From assembly GCA_964035545.1 (NCBI GenBank), contig OZ037766.1:25966339-26030338 (forward strand): DNA of 64,000 bases. Direction: 5' to 3'. This stretch comes from Bugula neritina (Eukaryota; Animalia; Bryozoa). The notes under the pieces were generated by a model, which saw only the letters and a program-made list of their open reading frames with translations, was not told the DNA's origin and ran no database searches. The position numbers were made by a program, and so were the translations under genes. Below are positions 41,856-56,800 of the stretch, in pieces (position 1 is the stretch's first letter; each line of letters opens with the position of its first letter).

Positions 41856-44800
41856 TTAGACGGCATCCCCTTGGAATGTGGATAAAGATCTCTTTATATT
41901 GACTTCATTGAGTTGATTAGCTGTGACTACTTTAGCGGCAGGTTTTGAATTGATTACTATGACATCAGCTGGCTGATCATTAAAGTTAGTTGCAGAGTGA
42001 GGTTGAGTCAGTGACTCATTGTCAGTCTCACTGTGAGTTGGCGAGTTTGCTGCAGACGATGTTTCAACTTTCGGTTGAACATCTGACTGTAAATTTGATG
42101 CATTGTGGTTATCCATGTCCTCGTTCATCAATTTGCAATGCACTTCGGATGACACTGTATTGCTTCCATAGTCTGATGTAACAGAACCTGCGTAGTCTGA
42201 GTAAGTGGACCCAGACACGCTGGCACGTCTATTCATGTTTGGCGAGCGAAATGCAGGGGGAGGCAATGCCTGTACCAAGTAACTATTGTCTACGTCTCTG
42301 CCTCCAGTACTGTGCTGTCTTGCCTGCTCCTGCAAGTACTTGTGAGTATTGCCGTGTCTCAGAGCAGCAGACGTGCTGTTTATCAATCTGCTGCCGCATT
42401 CTGAGTGACTATGCTGATGGGTACAGGATGACCTGCCGGAGTCGCTGCCCGCATGAGGAGTGCGTGGAGAGGTCAGCGTATGCACCCCTGTCATCCCACT
42501 CCGTGTACTGTGCACCTCAGACGCCCACATTAGTCTGTAGTTCTCGTCATCGTTCAGGTCTAGCATGTCAGTGTAGGTGTTCCCTTGCCTTTGAAATATA
42601 TTAACAATACTATTATATAACTTAACTTACATTATGTTACCTGATGAGGAAGATAATGTGTTGATAGTGGAGCCTTAACTTTGACAGCATTTATACTAGT
42701 AGTATTAGATTAGGTATCAATAGACTAAATAGTTTTAAGCTTATAATTTGAACAAAATTATTATTACAAACACAATAACATCATATAAAAATTTACATGC
42801 ATTAAACAGAACCCTCTTCAAAGAATTTTTCAAGTTCTTTTAAATCAACTTCAACTAAAATGGCTAAAATATAAATTATTTTTATTTTAAATATAATTAT
42901 ATAAGCAACTTCATGGTTTAACTCCACTGCTTGCAAAATTACTACGGTAAGCAATAACCTAATGTAGCTGTTTCTTTTTCGATTGGCCACTTTGATCAAT
43001 CATCCTAATATTTCAACATATTGTCAACAAGTAACTGTACCAACCTGCTGTGTAATGTGTTGGAATGGTGATCAACACAAAGAGGAATAAATGCTTGCCC
43101 ATCTATTTGCTTTTTGTTATTTTCTTCAGCTTGCCTTCGCCTTTTCTTGTGTTGGGAAACTTTTCTAAAATAAAACCATGATTGCATATTAGCCAACCAT
43201 CATTTCTTTGCAAAAGAGGCTTGCGGTGCATTAATCTTACTATAAATTTAAAAGTTTGTTAGACGTATGTTGAAAGTCAAAGCTGTTGAGAAAAAACTTT
43301 AAAGATATGTAGAATAACTCTCAAAAATATCAGTTTTATCATCATGTCTACAAAATCATTATATGATGCTACAGAATCTTATAATTAATTAGAGTTGTCA
43401 CCTGTGATAAACAAAGCACACAACTCCGATGACAACTATTAAGACCACAACCACAGCTGATCCAATTATTCCATAGGTGAGTGGAGAGCTTAAGGATTCT
43501 GCTGAGGACTTGACAGAAGCTGCCTGTACTTCCACAGCTGTCAAATAAAATGATTTTAAATCTTGGTGACACCAGACAAATGTGTAATATGTATATATAA
43601 GATTATTGATGCATGCATGCGATACGTAGTGCAATGAACTAGAAACCTCATATGAAAAATGAACTTATTGTGTAGAATTTGTGTTAGATAGCTAGGTGTG
43701 TTTTATCATTCATCAAGTATTTAATATTATGCATCATCGCTAGGGTTAAAGTCTTGGGGAATTCTTATCAATAAAAACGCTGATAGTTTCAAACGCAATG
43801 ATACAAAAGTATTTTGTAATTTCTAAAAGTATCACACAACAATCCGAAATATCGATTAATATAAGTAATATTTTATCACCAACCCTATCGAAAACATAGC
43901 TTTTAGTAAAATGTTGTAATGAGAAAATTATTATATTCCAAATTTTGTGTTAATATTGAACAAATACAACGGTATTATATGCTTTTGGAGTTATCATTCT
44001 ACACATGATGATGCAAACTATATTGTGATAGTGAGATGGTACTTGCATTACACCCTCACAAACTTACACAGTTGAATGTTTATAGTGACGACCACGTTTG
44101 CAGTTCTGGGAGGTAGTCCAGAATCTACAGCTTCTATTATTAGTGTATACGAGTCTCGAGTGTATAGCCTCTTTTGACCAGCTAATGAAATTATCCCATC
44201 TTTGTTTATCACAAACAACTCGCTATAAAAAGAAAACACATGAATAGATGAACACAAACAGAAATTATTTCATAACCTAAATAAAATTATTTTTTATATT
44301 TTGTATTTCATGTATTCAGTCATCGTGAATACCAACAGAGAAATCAAGCCCAACAATTTTAACCAATAAAATATGAGTAAAAAGATGTATTTGTTTATTT
44401 ATTGAAACTATGTTGCTTCAGTTTATACATGCTCGTATCTATTATTTATTTGAATGCGTCTTATCAAACACCCGATGACTTACCTTACATCCGAATGAAG
44501 TATTTTATATAGAACATCTTCATTCACATCATCTGGGTCTCTAGCGGATACACTACCCACAATTCCTTGCTCCACGTAGAATGTGTTGAAAGTGTAAGAG
44601 TTTTTATCAAAGAGTGGGTTATTATCATTCTCATTTAGTACGTTGATGGTGACCTCCACAGCATCTGACTGTTGAACAACATTATTTTAAATATTATAGT
44701 TTGTATTATTCTACATTGTAAGAACTACATTTTAAACTTTAGTAAGATTTGTCTTTTCAAATTATTTGGAATATCATAGTTTGTATTATTTTACAATGCA

Positions 44801-47800
44801 AAAAGCGTTTTTTAATTTTACTGAAAGTTGTCTTTTCCAACTTGAAAAATGAAATCTAAATAAAAAAATTATTAATATGCAGGAGAAATTTGAACTTTTG
44901 AGCATATTAAAAACTAAGCTTATTCAATATAGGCGTAGTTACTTTTTACAAAGAACTCAATCCCAAATGCTAATAAGAATTACCCAATAAAGTTATTACT
45001 ATTTCTGGTACATGAGAGAAAAAGATGAAAAAAAATTGTGCTTGCCAAACATTACCAATCCTTTTATCTACAAGAATGTGCTAGTCATGTACAAGGAAGG
45101 CAACTTTCCATATACTGTATACAAAGGAGAGATAATTTTATCTGAATTTTGCTTTACAAGTGTAATCAGCTACATAGTTACATATCAACCAAATGTCAAT
45201 GTTGATTTTCTTGACCATTTCAAGGTTTAATTTGTGATCTCTCTCCAACAGTCACATGATGTTAAACAACTAGACATACACAGTACTAGCTAAAGTAATA
45301 GAGTTACTTACATGCTTGCCATTTGAAGCCACGACTGTCACTCGATGAACAGTTTTATGTTCGTAGTCCAAACGTTTTACAAGTCTGAGGTCAACGTTAT
45401 TACTATCAAAAAAATAAAAGTCACGTGAATAAATAGGGTAAATAAATTGCATTATTATGTCAAAGATAATATTTGAAATGTTGAATAAATAACTTCAGAT
45501 AGAAATTTGTCAAGCAGTTGTTGCACACACAACCTTTAAGATACAGTCTAGACTATTCTACTGCTATGACATATCGTATAGCCTACCCACGATGTGTTGT
45601 CGCAAAATATGAGCTCCCACCATCGTCACTAGCTGAATCCACCACTTTCACAACCACCGGGTCACTCTACAAACATACAAACCAGATGTAAACATGTGTT
45701 TATTATTCATTCCAGTATCAAGCTTATAATATAGTCTAACATTAGACATTTGTTGTAGTGTATATACGGTAAAAATGTTGACATAAGTCACTAAATTCTA
45801 TCTTAAAGCATTAAATAACCTTCTAACTTCACCTTTTTAGTAGCTTGTTTTAATGTTATCATTTTTATATTCTAATTTTTACACTGAATCAAATAAATAG
45901 AGTAAATGAATAAAGCTAAATAAAACTTCAAATAATATATACTAAACAGTATCTTTAAATCCTTGCAGAGTTCATTACAAGTTAAACAACTCAACAACTT
46001 AAGAGAAGACAACTTTGAAATGACTTTATCATAACACACAGCAATCAACAAGATGTTAGAGAATCTCAACACTGCAAAGCATTATATAGCACACCAATGT
46101 TAATAAATAGTCTAGAGTTTTAATAAGCAAATGGCATCACTCTTTATTTGGCAACAAACAAACTATAATATGCAAACAACAAACAACAGATGCAGCTAAA
46201 CGGCAAACAATAAGTAAACCTATTAGTTATCATAGTGAGGATAACTCTAAAGTAGAAGGCAGGTTTGTATGCTCATGGTGACAATAAGGGGTGAAGGTCA
46301 ATCACATAGCAACATTAAAACACTACACTTTAGGTTATAATCGAGCAGCTAGGGCAAGCCAATTAGGCTTCTATAGTGGATCAATTAGAGAGGCCTTAGG
46401 CCCTTATAATAGATCAGGTCGGGTAGCTGGGTGTTACCTGTTTAGTTTTTGAGGAGACATAAACTAGCGAAGCTAATCTCTGTAACAGGGAGGTGAATAT
46501 TTTTTCAATATCTTATCTCTAGCACAAAGAATAAATTAAATGTAAATTTAAAACATAGGCATTTCTCTATAGTTGCATAGACTTTATTTCTTTGCTACAT
46601 TTACGGGCGTGTCAATTCTATTTTACCCAGTTGTGAACTGTGCCGAAGCTGTGGTATATGATATGTGTAGTTTTAGAAATTATTTGATAGAGCATATAAC
46701 TCCCAAATATGTCACAATAGTTTGTTTCATTAAATCAAATTACTAGTTTTTGTCAGAAAAGTTACTCCAACCAAAGCTCAAACAAGAAAATGGGCACGTA
46801 CTGTCACTAAATTGAATAATAATTTTAAGTAAAGTCTATAGATATTTTTAAAATTAAAACAAACAAGCAGAAAATAAATTCAAATCTAAAGCAAACCTAG
46901 CATTTTTATCTGAGCTGGCCAAGCACAACATCAAATAAGCAGCGAGAACAACGTCTATATAAACTGTTGAGGAGTAAATTCCTAACTATGATGTTCAAAA
47001 GTATACCTGTGAGTTGTAGTTGATTGCCATACTCAGTATAGTAGAGTTCAGTTTAGTATATTCAGATACCGAGGTAGCATAACTCCTTTTAGTGAACTCA
47101 GGTTTGTCCCACTCAGTTGATACTATAGTTACTATCAGAGTTGTCACGTCTTTCATACCAGGGTCGGACAACTGCTGTGCCTAGACAAATCACAAGATGT
47201 ACATTAGGATTACACATAGATGCAAAAGATTGGGTCAGTATGCAGTACTTCTTAAAAGAAAACTTCAGTTATTTTTCAGCTTCATAGCAAGTTAGAGTTG
47301 TCAATGAAAACATATTTAATAAAATAAGATATAGAAAACACAATAAGCCACTCCTACTGCTATCTCATTGATCTGTGTAAATCTCATGATATAACAACCG
47401 TTCTATCACAAAGAGTCATCCTTCAAGAATCTTTGACCATTTTGCCTTATTTTGAGAGCAAAATATTTTACAATAAGTTGTAAGCACGTCTCTTATTGGC
47501 CTATCAGCACTCACTGTATTGTAGGCAGTATACATGGCCTCATACGATAGAACTATATCGTTATAATTTTTAGACATTCCTAACAGAGAAAATAATATTG
47601 TCACCTGAAACCTACCTGAACTTGAAATAAGAACGTTGTTCCTAAGTCCAACTTGGATGTGTCTAACACCGTGACTTTACCCGTAGTTCTGTCAATGTGG
47701 AAATACTCGCTACCGTCTCCAAACAGGAAGTACTCAATTGGCTCATCGAAGTCGTCTTGATCGTATGCAGTGACTTGAACAACCAGATCTCCCTTTAAAA

Positions 47801-50800
47801 CATCAATAGAATACTGATAGTGAGGCGGCTTTATTGAAGAAGCTATAGAAAAAATGATACTATTGATTTTTTCTGCGGATAAATGTTAGTTAAAAATTCA
47901 GACATTCCAATGGCCTTGATAAAATTATAAAGATCGTGTGTAGCACAGTAGACATAATCATATTATTACTTATACTTGTATACTAAAAATTTCACACTTC
48001 AAATGCATTTAGAATTTTATAATATAGCTCTATATAGGGTATAGATGTAGATGCACAATTCCTTTATCTCTTTTGACTCTTTTCAGAGTCAAGTTTTACA
48101 TATAATTAACTTTTTATAAAAACATTTCAACATCTTGACTTATCTAATTCAATGAACTGGTAACAAAAGAGAAAGTAACTAAAGCCTGCCTCATATAAAA
48201 TAAGTCATAACGAGTAAGTATAGAAACACACAAACTAAAAGCAGAGTTGAGTGCATATATCTTCTAAACTCATAACTTAATTACTTCTTCTGCTTTACAT
48301 ATTACTGGGTAATACTAAAGTATGCTTTAAGATAAATTTAGCAAATGAGCACTCATTGCAAGCAAAACGAGAAAGATGTTGGTTTGGATAAAACCAACAC
48401 ACAGGTTACTGTATTAGCATTAATCAGAAGCAATGCACTGTTTCTGTGATGTGGTTAACAGGACTTGTGAGGACTGGGATAATGTAATTTTGCGCACAAT
48501 TATCCAAAACATCCACTGATTCACATATAATCTGATTTTCATATTCTATGCAGCCTTTAGATACAAAACATGCAGAGCACCAGTGCTTGTTGCACCTGTG
48601 TGAGAATATAGTAAACCTTAAAACTACTTTTAAAAAATCCAATTAAGGACAAAACAGCAGAAATACTACAAAAAGTCGTACATTTCTTGCTAGCAATGTA
48701 TTTTCAGAGCATAATTTATGTTATTGCATTCGGTAGCCGGAGAGAAAGTGAGCTAATTCACCAATGAGCCCCACTAGGCTACGAGTAGAGAATCCGAAAA
48801 CGCCCTTATAAAGCCTTTTTTGAAGTATTTTTGAGAGCACACAACTCAAACTTCACTACACAAAAGCTTCATGCTGCGAATTGTGACTAAAACAATCTAT
48901 GTTATGTATATAAGTGCTTTTAAAATATAAATGAATACTTTCCATTACACGCTTCTTAAATATGCATGAGCAGAATATTCAAATTAATATCATTAATTAC
49001 AAGCGACCAGTTCTGTTATCTAAGGGTGCTACTAAAACAGTTCTCATCAGCAAACCAATCAAATATACAAAGAACTGTATATTATCACTAAATCCTACAG
49101 CTTTGGCAACCTCTACATACCATTTTTACTTCCTGTGAGAGTGACACTCTGTAGTTGTACTGATTAAACTTTGGCCTCAAATCATCTTCATTCTTTATAT
49201 TTATAGTAACTGAGGCTACGCTCGTCTGCTGCTTGTTCCCACAGTTCCGCCTTGTCTGACAGTCCTTCAGAATGCACCAAGTAGTTATATAGTAAAGAGG
49301 GGCACGGAAATGTGCTTACTGTATTACATGCAATTTGATTTTCAAAAAGTAAATAATTGTCTGGAATTTGAATAAATATGCTAGGAAAAGCGAAAAAGAC
49401 CATTGGTAAAAAGTAATTAGCCTAAGATTCTCAATTTTTTAATGCTCAACTTACAAATATATTTGCCTAATCACATACTATAGGTCCTACTTGTATGTAG
49501 TTACAACTTTCCAACCCTCAAGTTTATTGAATTCATTGCAATCTGTGAATAAAAGCTGCAGAGACTCTTTTTAACTGAGCTTTTAATTATTTATATTATA
49601 TAACAAAACTCTAGAGACTAAATCAATTCAGCATAAAAGAACTAAAATAAGAATAAATTTCTATGTGTTCGTAACAATTAGTCTGTATCTTGCTAGCTTG
49701 TTCATTAGAATTGTGTTTAAATAATTCACTAAGTTAGTTGAATCAGGAGTGAGTTATTTCTACCTTAGCTAGTACAGTGAAAGTATATTTCTTTTTAGTT
49801 TCGTAGTCCAGGGGGGAAAGAGTGTAAATAGCTGACTTGCCACCAGTCATGCTACGTAGTTCAAAAGTTTCCTGTAACAGATCAGTACTAATACTTATAG
49901 ACGTAATTCAAGCATTACCATAACAATATGATCAGCTTTACAAAGTGGTACAGCTTAGACAGATATAAACATAATCACTTTGATCTTTTAGGTTGAATTA
50001 AAATTAAGAATTATCCATTAAGTTATGTTTTTTATATGTAAATCACTTATTACTGTAAGACACCAAGTGGCTCCAAATGAAGAGCTCAGAGTTTAAGAAA
50101 CAATGAGTTAAAATTCTTTATTATGTCAAGTACTTAACAGTGCATTCATGCAGTAGAAGTATGCAAGTATGTGTGGAGGCTCAATGAATAAAAACTGCAG
50201 AGACTCTTTTTAACTGAGCTTTTAATTATTTATATTATATAACAAAACTCTAGAGACTAAATCAATTCAGCATAAAAGAACTGAAATGAGAATAAATTCC
50301 TATGTGTTAGTAACAATTAGTCTGTATCTTGCAGAATTAGTTCAACAGTTGAACAACATTTCAAAAATCCATAAAACATATTTATCAACAAAGGTTTTAA
50401 AAATATCAATACACCAGAAAAGCAACTGGGGGAGAGTTAGTTTTGGTGTTGGGTGACATTGAATGGAGAGGAATATTATGGACTTAATATAAGGGATCTA
50501 TTAAATTAGACAGTAGTCAGGTTCTATCAATGGGACAAACATCAAACCTGTACACTTCCCTCCAGTACATTGCTCAGCAAAAAGCTTATAAACTTAAAGA
50601 TAAATTCCTATACTGACAATAGATCTATTACATATGACCTCACTAGCATTAAAAACACAAGCTTTTATGCACCACACACTTCTTATCCATCAAAATACTG
50701 CCTGTAAAATTGGGTCGACTAAATACACCTCCCAATATACATAGATAACTTAGATCTAAGAAGCTCAGGTTATTATATTTTGATAGCTATAATGCAAGAA

Positions 50801-53800
50801 ATAGAGATGGACTGGAAGATAGCCCTGTTGTTCTTGTTCCACTGATCATAGATAAGAAGATAACACTTACAATGATATGAATAGGACTGAGGAATAACAT
50901 CAACAATGAGATGAAAAGCTTTCAAAGAAATCTTGTATCCGAAAGTGTGACAGGATGAAGCCACACTCCTTAATTTTGAATAAACTAGAAGTTGAACTTG
51001 GAATTTAAATATTTGCAGATACCTTAATTAGCTATATTAGTGAAGTGTAATTATACAACTCCATTGCATTTACTAACAGACCAATTTAATGCCTGCCAGT
51101 CTGAGCAACCAATCCTTGTCTCTCTCTAATGTCTGGTCAAAGTTTGCAGAAATTCTTTTTTTCTGTTGACAAATTTTATGTTGTGCAAGACAACATGTTG
51201 GTATTAACTTCACTTGTCTGGCATTTTGCCATACATGTTTTCAAAAGCTTCCCAGCAACGCATGTCTCTATATTATGCAGATGATGGCTGGATGTGTTTT
51301 ATTTGCTATTATTTAGCAATAATTTTTTGCCATACAATAATTCCAATATAATCAACTATCTGAACACAGTTTTTTCAATAACCAGATCCTCATTCAGACA
51401 TATTTATTTTTGTCGTTAGCTGTAAGCAACATATCAAATCTATTACCTTACTGGATGTCATCACATGATCAACATTGTTAGAATGGTTTAACCAAACTAT
51501 CCTTATAGTTTTTGCTAATTTGGTAGACTAATGAAATGTTTTTATTTAGGAAAGTTGGTCAATGGTTGTAAATAAAAACATAGCAGATGGGCAATGGCAG
51601 CTACTTCATGAAATTTTAAACCACACTTGATTTACAATCATCCAAACTAATATTTAGCTACACAAGTGTAAAACTTCCTCTTGAATTGATACAACTTTTT
51701 CAAAGTGCTACTCTACCTCTAACACGCCTTACTAATGCATAGCTGGAACTCACGACTGTAGTTTCTAAACCCCAGGTGTTCTAGCTAGATAAAGGTTAGT
51801 TATGAAGTAATGATATTTAATAAACTAAAAGTAAAATTAGAATGCCTTGTACGAGCTTGACTAAGTCATTTGGCTGACTTACATGAACAAGTGGGTCAGC
51901 GGCGAGCTCATAGCTGACGTGAGAATTCTTAATGTCACCATCTTTGGCCGTCACAGCACCAACGTAGGTTCCAGGTGCTGCTCTCTATAACAGATAACAC
52001 CATCAGTAATGTATTAGTATTAGCTCCAGCAGTATTGTATTGAATTATTTTTAGAAGTTGTATACAGCTATAAGCTCATGTTCATCACAGTGTGAAGTTT
52101 ATTGTAAATGTCTGACAATATGTTTTGATATGAAAAGCAAAGGGGGTGTTGTTATAATATGTGATTTATCTGCCCTTGATGAGCAAAGTATACTAAGAAA
52201 TTTCATGCTAGGTGTCCAGTAAACTTTAGTCAAAGAAGAGCATAAAAAAGTTAAGAATACAATCTAAAAATAAATTACTACAGCTGTGTTACAGAAAGCT
52301 GTGTTACATTTCTTACATACACTTAGTGCTGGTAGTAATCAGTGCATGTTGCTATTCATGTAGACGACTACTGATTTTTTTTACAGATCTATAAATGTTC
52401 AAAGGATTGGTTATGCCAATTTGCATACCAGCGACAAAATGCTACTTTTACAACCTTTGCTGTAGTTGGCGCCTTCAAGTGCAACATGAATGTGAGTTTT
52501 TTGTGGCTCTAAACTATCTCAAACCATTGAAGTGCTTACTGCTTTGAATAACTATAGGCATTTAGAGATGTGAAGCTATGATGGGAGAATATTAAGATGT
52601 GACAAAGATAAATAGTGCTTATTTCACACCCCAATTGATTTAATTAGTGTTTAAGTAGTTGTCAAATAAACATTTATAGCCTGTGATGGGATCACCAAAG
52701 AAAAAGCATTTTCATGCCCCCCACCCCTTAAGCTAAAACAAATATTTAATAAATTTATGTCTAGATTGGAGATAAAAGCAGATAAAACAAGAATTACATT
52801 GGCACACTTTGACAGATAGTCTCAAAAGCAAAGCCTAAGGCTAGCCACACATGTCTCATGTTAGCTTCCCTTTTAGGGTGATTCCGTCACTCAAATCTGT
52901 ACTAGCTGAGAGGGAATGAAGAATGCCTGATTGTGATGTGACAGAGTAATCCTGCAAGTTCTTTTACAATTTTAAGATAATATGTACTTGACACTTAATA
53001 CTATAATTCTATTAAACTATTCACATTATTTATTAAAGGGTTTTGTTGGTAAGAAACTGTTTTGTACTTTATGATAAATAAATATGAAGAATTTTATGCT
53101 TAAATCACATCGACTTAGTTAGAAAGTTATTTGCTTGCTCAAAGTCAGCTGGTGTTCTCACCATTTGCTCAATTATTTAGGATTTTATAGCCATTTAACT
53201 GTTGTAGGATAAAATTATAAGGCCAGACAATTTCTTATGTTCTAAGCAGCCTTTTTGTATTATTTCTGCTTTAGAAGTAGTAGCTGTTCCTGCTGTGTAA
53301 ATGCTTACCTCTGATATGGTAAAGTTGTACCCTGAGGAAAGGGTGAAAACTGGGGAATGATCATTTACATCTTCTATCTCAAACTCTATTTCAATCTAAA
53401 AGATGTGTACAACAGATTTACTTGGGTCATCAACTATGTATTTAATCAAACCTGGTTAATGAAAAATGCTAGAACTGTCAGTGTTGGTTTTGTTAAAATT
53501 CAAGGCAACTATGCAAGAATAATTGCCTAGACGAAAAGTATGTGGCATTATACTGAAATTCTTCTTGTAGTAAAACAATTTATAAGTGTGGAGATATATT
53601 ATGACAGGTACTTCGAATGATTCCATAACAACCAAAAGCTCAATACTACAAAAACTTATTATGAATAATGCACATTTAGGGCCATCAAACAACTTGTTGT
53701 CATATGCCAACCTTCAAACTCTTGGTTACTAGACTCAAGACACTTGAAATATAATAAAGCTTGCATACAATTAGAATATTTACATGTTGCCTAACTAAAC

Positions 53801-56800
53801 ACACTTCTATCAGCTAGTGTACCTCCAGCTTGAGTCTTTGCTGCGTAGTACATTCTATATACATAGTCTGCAGTCTGGTCAGACCGGTGTCAACGTCTAT
53901 TCTCTCGGAGATTACAAAGTCAGCAGAAATTGATCCGTTGCTGTCTCTCGTAACCAAGTCTATGTAAGGGTTAAACTGGCTGACTTCTAACTTGGAGACA
54001 TCAGCTGGCTTGTCCAGATGTAAGGATCCTATGACTGTACCTAAATTAGGTAGAAACCCCACACCAACATCAAAAGGCTTTCACTTTCAGAGTGGTTTGT
54101 CAAATATTTGGCATCCATAAGTAAATTATGAGTTATGAGTGCATTTAACAAAGCATATTCATGCGTTATGGTAATAATAAAGTACAATAATTTAGGCAAA
54201 ATAGGAAATTTGTGACATGCTCCCCTGTAAATATTCTTCTGAACTTCTATAAATTGAGTGATAGTTAGCTAGAATAAGCCCCATTTCGGTTTCAAATTGA
54301 GCAAAAACATAAATTAGCTTTTTTAGAACTCAAAGGTTGAAGCCAATGCTGCTGTATTGAACTTGCCCGAAGCAAAAATGCACTTGCACGGTAAAGTGCA
54401 AAATATTTTTGTTATTTTTAAATACAAATATTTTGTTTTATAATAAACTTTTTTTTAACTGATTTAGGTGCAGATATACGCTGCAGGGCAAATGGACAGA
54501 TTAGCATTAGGAGAATAAAGAACACCCACAAAGTGACAACAATCCCCAACAATGAAAAGAGAATAATGATGAGTAACTGTGTGTGGTCAGGGAATCTTCA
54601 ACAAGTAGCTAGTAGCACCCATTCAATCTTGTTATTTCTTTATTTTAGACCATTTGATTGATTCTTGTTGTCTTTGAAGCCACACACAATGTCATTTATG
54701 CACAATACTGTTGTAAATGAAACAAAAATAAAACAAAGCTAGACACCAGCTAGAGTCTATCAACAATTGGATGTTAAATTGATTGAAACACATTTAATTA
54801 TTTTCATGCTAGTAGGTATATATTGTTTTGTTGTTAAGGATTCGTGAGGCCATTTTATACTAAAACTAACGAAACACTAAAATATGCATAGGGCATATTG
54901 CACAACAATTAAACTTTGCATGTAGCATAAACAAAAACAAAGCTAGTAACCTCCATAGATAGAATAAATTAGGCCTTTTTCAAGTAAATAATGAAATTGG
55001 TACAATTAAATACATTACTTTCTATAACAAAATGTTCTGAGAAAATTCTTACAATTGATGCAAGCATACAGACTAGGCCTGGTGCTGTTTTACAGAGTTT
55101 TCAAAATGTGGCTTATTTTCCAGTAATTATTGGCATAAAGTATTTTCTCATTTGAAATACAGCTCATACCATCATCATTATTAGTTAAATATAAGATCGC
55201 ATGCACCAGTTGCTAATATTACCTACTGTTATTAATTCCCTCATTTGAATTGTGGAAATAAATTATTCTATAAGCTAAAAAATAACACCAAGTTATTATT
55301 CTTATTATATTGACAATGATTTTTGTTATTGCTGAAATTAAATTGGAATAGCAGTCAAGTTTTCAATTGTCTAAAATATTGACAGGTGCCATGGTTACAT
55401 GCTATAATTTTATAGCCCAAGTTTTAGTAGTTGTAAGCAAAGGGTGGTAGCCTACAGTACCTATAGTTAGCTCTTCCTCTAGTTGTATGACTTGTACAAA
55501 ATTTCCATCTTCTACGGTGCATGCCTGTCCAAGAGGCAGGATCGCAAGGCAAGCTACAAGAATAAAATATTCAGAGTCGGGATACAAATATGTTAGCTTG
55601 CATATGTCATACTTTTTATACTTCAACATTCCTAGCATCTTAAATAATTTATGCTGATTAGTTTTCATGGCTTAGAAATTGATTTCAAGATTTTTTATAA
55701 AGTTGGCTAAAAGCTTGAAGTCACTGTCCATTACTCTCAACCTTTACTACTACCCTTGTTTCCCATGTCAAAATAGTTATAGTTTTTCTGCCAGTTGGAA
55801 CATTAAACACTGAACTAATTCAAATAGCATAGTTTTAATGTACAGCCCTGGTTATTACTTTACTTGACTAAAAAGTGCCTGTAGAATTGATATAGCAGTT
55901 GTTTGATTTTTATCATTTTTTCGCAATAACAATGCAATATTAAACAAGGATAATTTAGGCTTCAGCGAGTTTGACTTATTTATCAATTCACCACAGAATT
56001 ATACAAGTTTTTTTTCTAGCTTTTGGGTAGATGTTTCAGCTTTTACCTTTATGTAACACTTGGCTACATAAAAACACCTGTCCAGCTGATGATATATGCA
56101 CATGGTTAACCTGAAAACAGCTTTCCCAGATCATTTATTTAGCTTACAAACAACGACACATGCTTTTAGATTACCAGGGACACTTCTACTGCACTTAAAA
56201 TACAAGTGCCTTTAGATCTCTACATAAAAAATCTAAAAATACCAAGCAAAACTAATTTGACAAAATTCCAAATTAAAATACTCTTGAAAACTTAAAAAGT
56301 TAGACAATTGAAGCGGTACTCAGTCAAAAATAATTTATGCTAATAAAAGAAGTGATGGCATTTATTTTAACATAATTAATGTCGATGATAGCTAAATACA
56401 TTTACGCAGCTTCCAATGGTATATGAGCATAAGATGAGAACGAAATGCAAAGCCGGTAGCTTTCGTTGTATACAGTAACCCAACACAAGATAAATAAAAC
56501 AGGTAGATCTATCCCACATTCACGGCTTTGTCATGTATGTTTACAATACCGCAACAAAACTAGAAACTATGTCAATATTTTCAGACTGAGATATGATTTT
56601 ATTTTCACACTCAAAATAAATGAAGGATTTGCTAAGCAAATAGTAATGAGAACCAACAAATAAACTTCTAAATTAGCCAATCTATTGACCACCAAACCAT
56701 ATAACTATTACAGGATTTGCAATCGAAAATAGCTCCACTTTTTTAAGAAGCGTATTGATTTGTCTAGCAAGCCACTTTGGTTAGATACCAGAGCAGTATT

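Noticed and set aside
41990-42604. Cys-rich + strand ORFs 41990-42181 and 42239-42604
   Set aside because: Antisense to the cadherin terminal exon; the Cys richness follows from complementing His/Thr/Ala/Gln codons.
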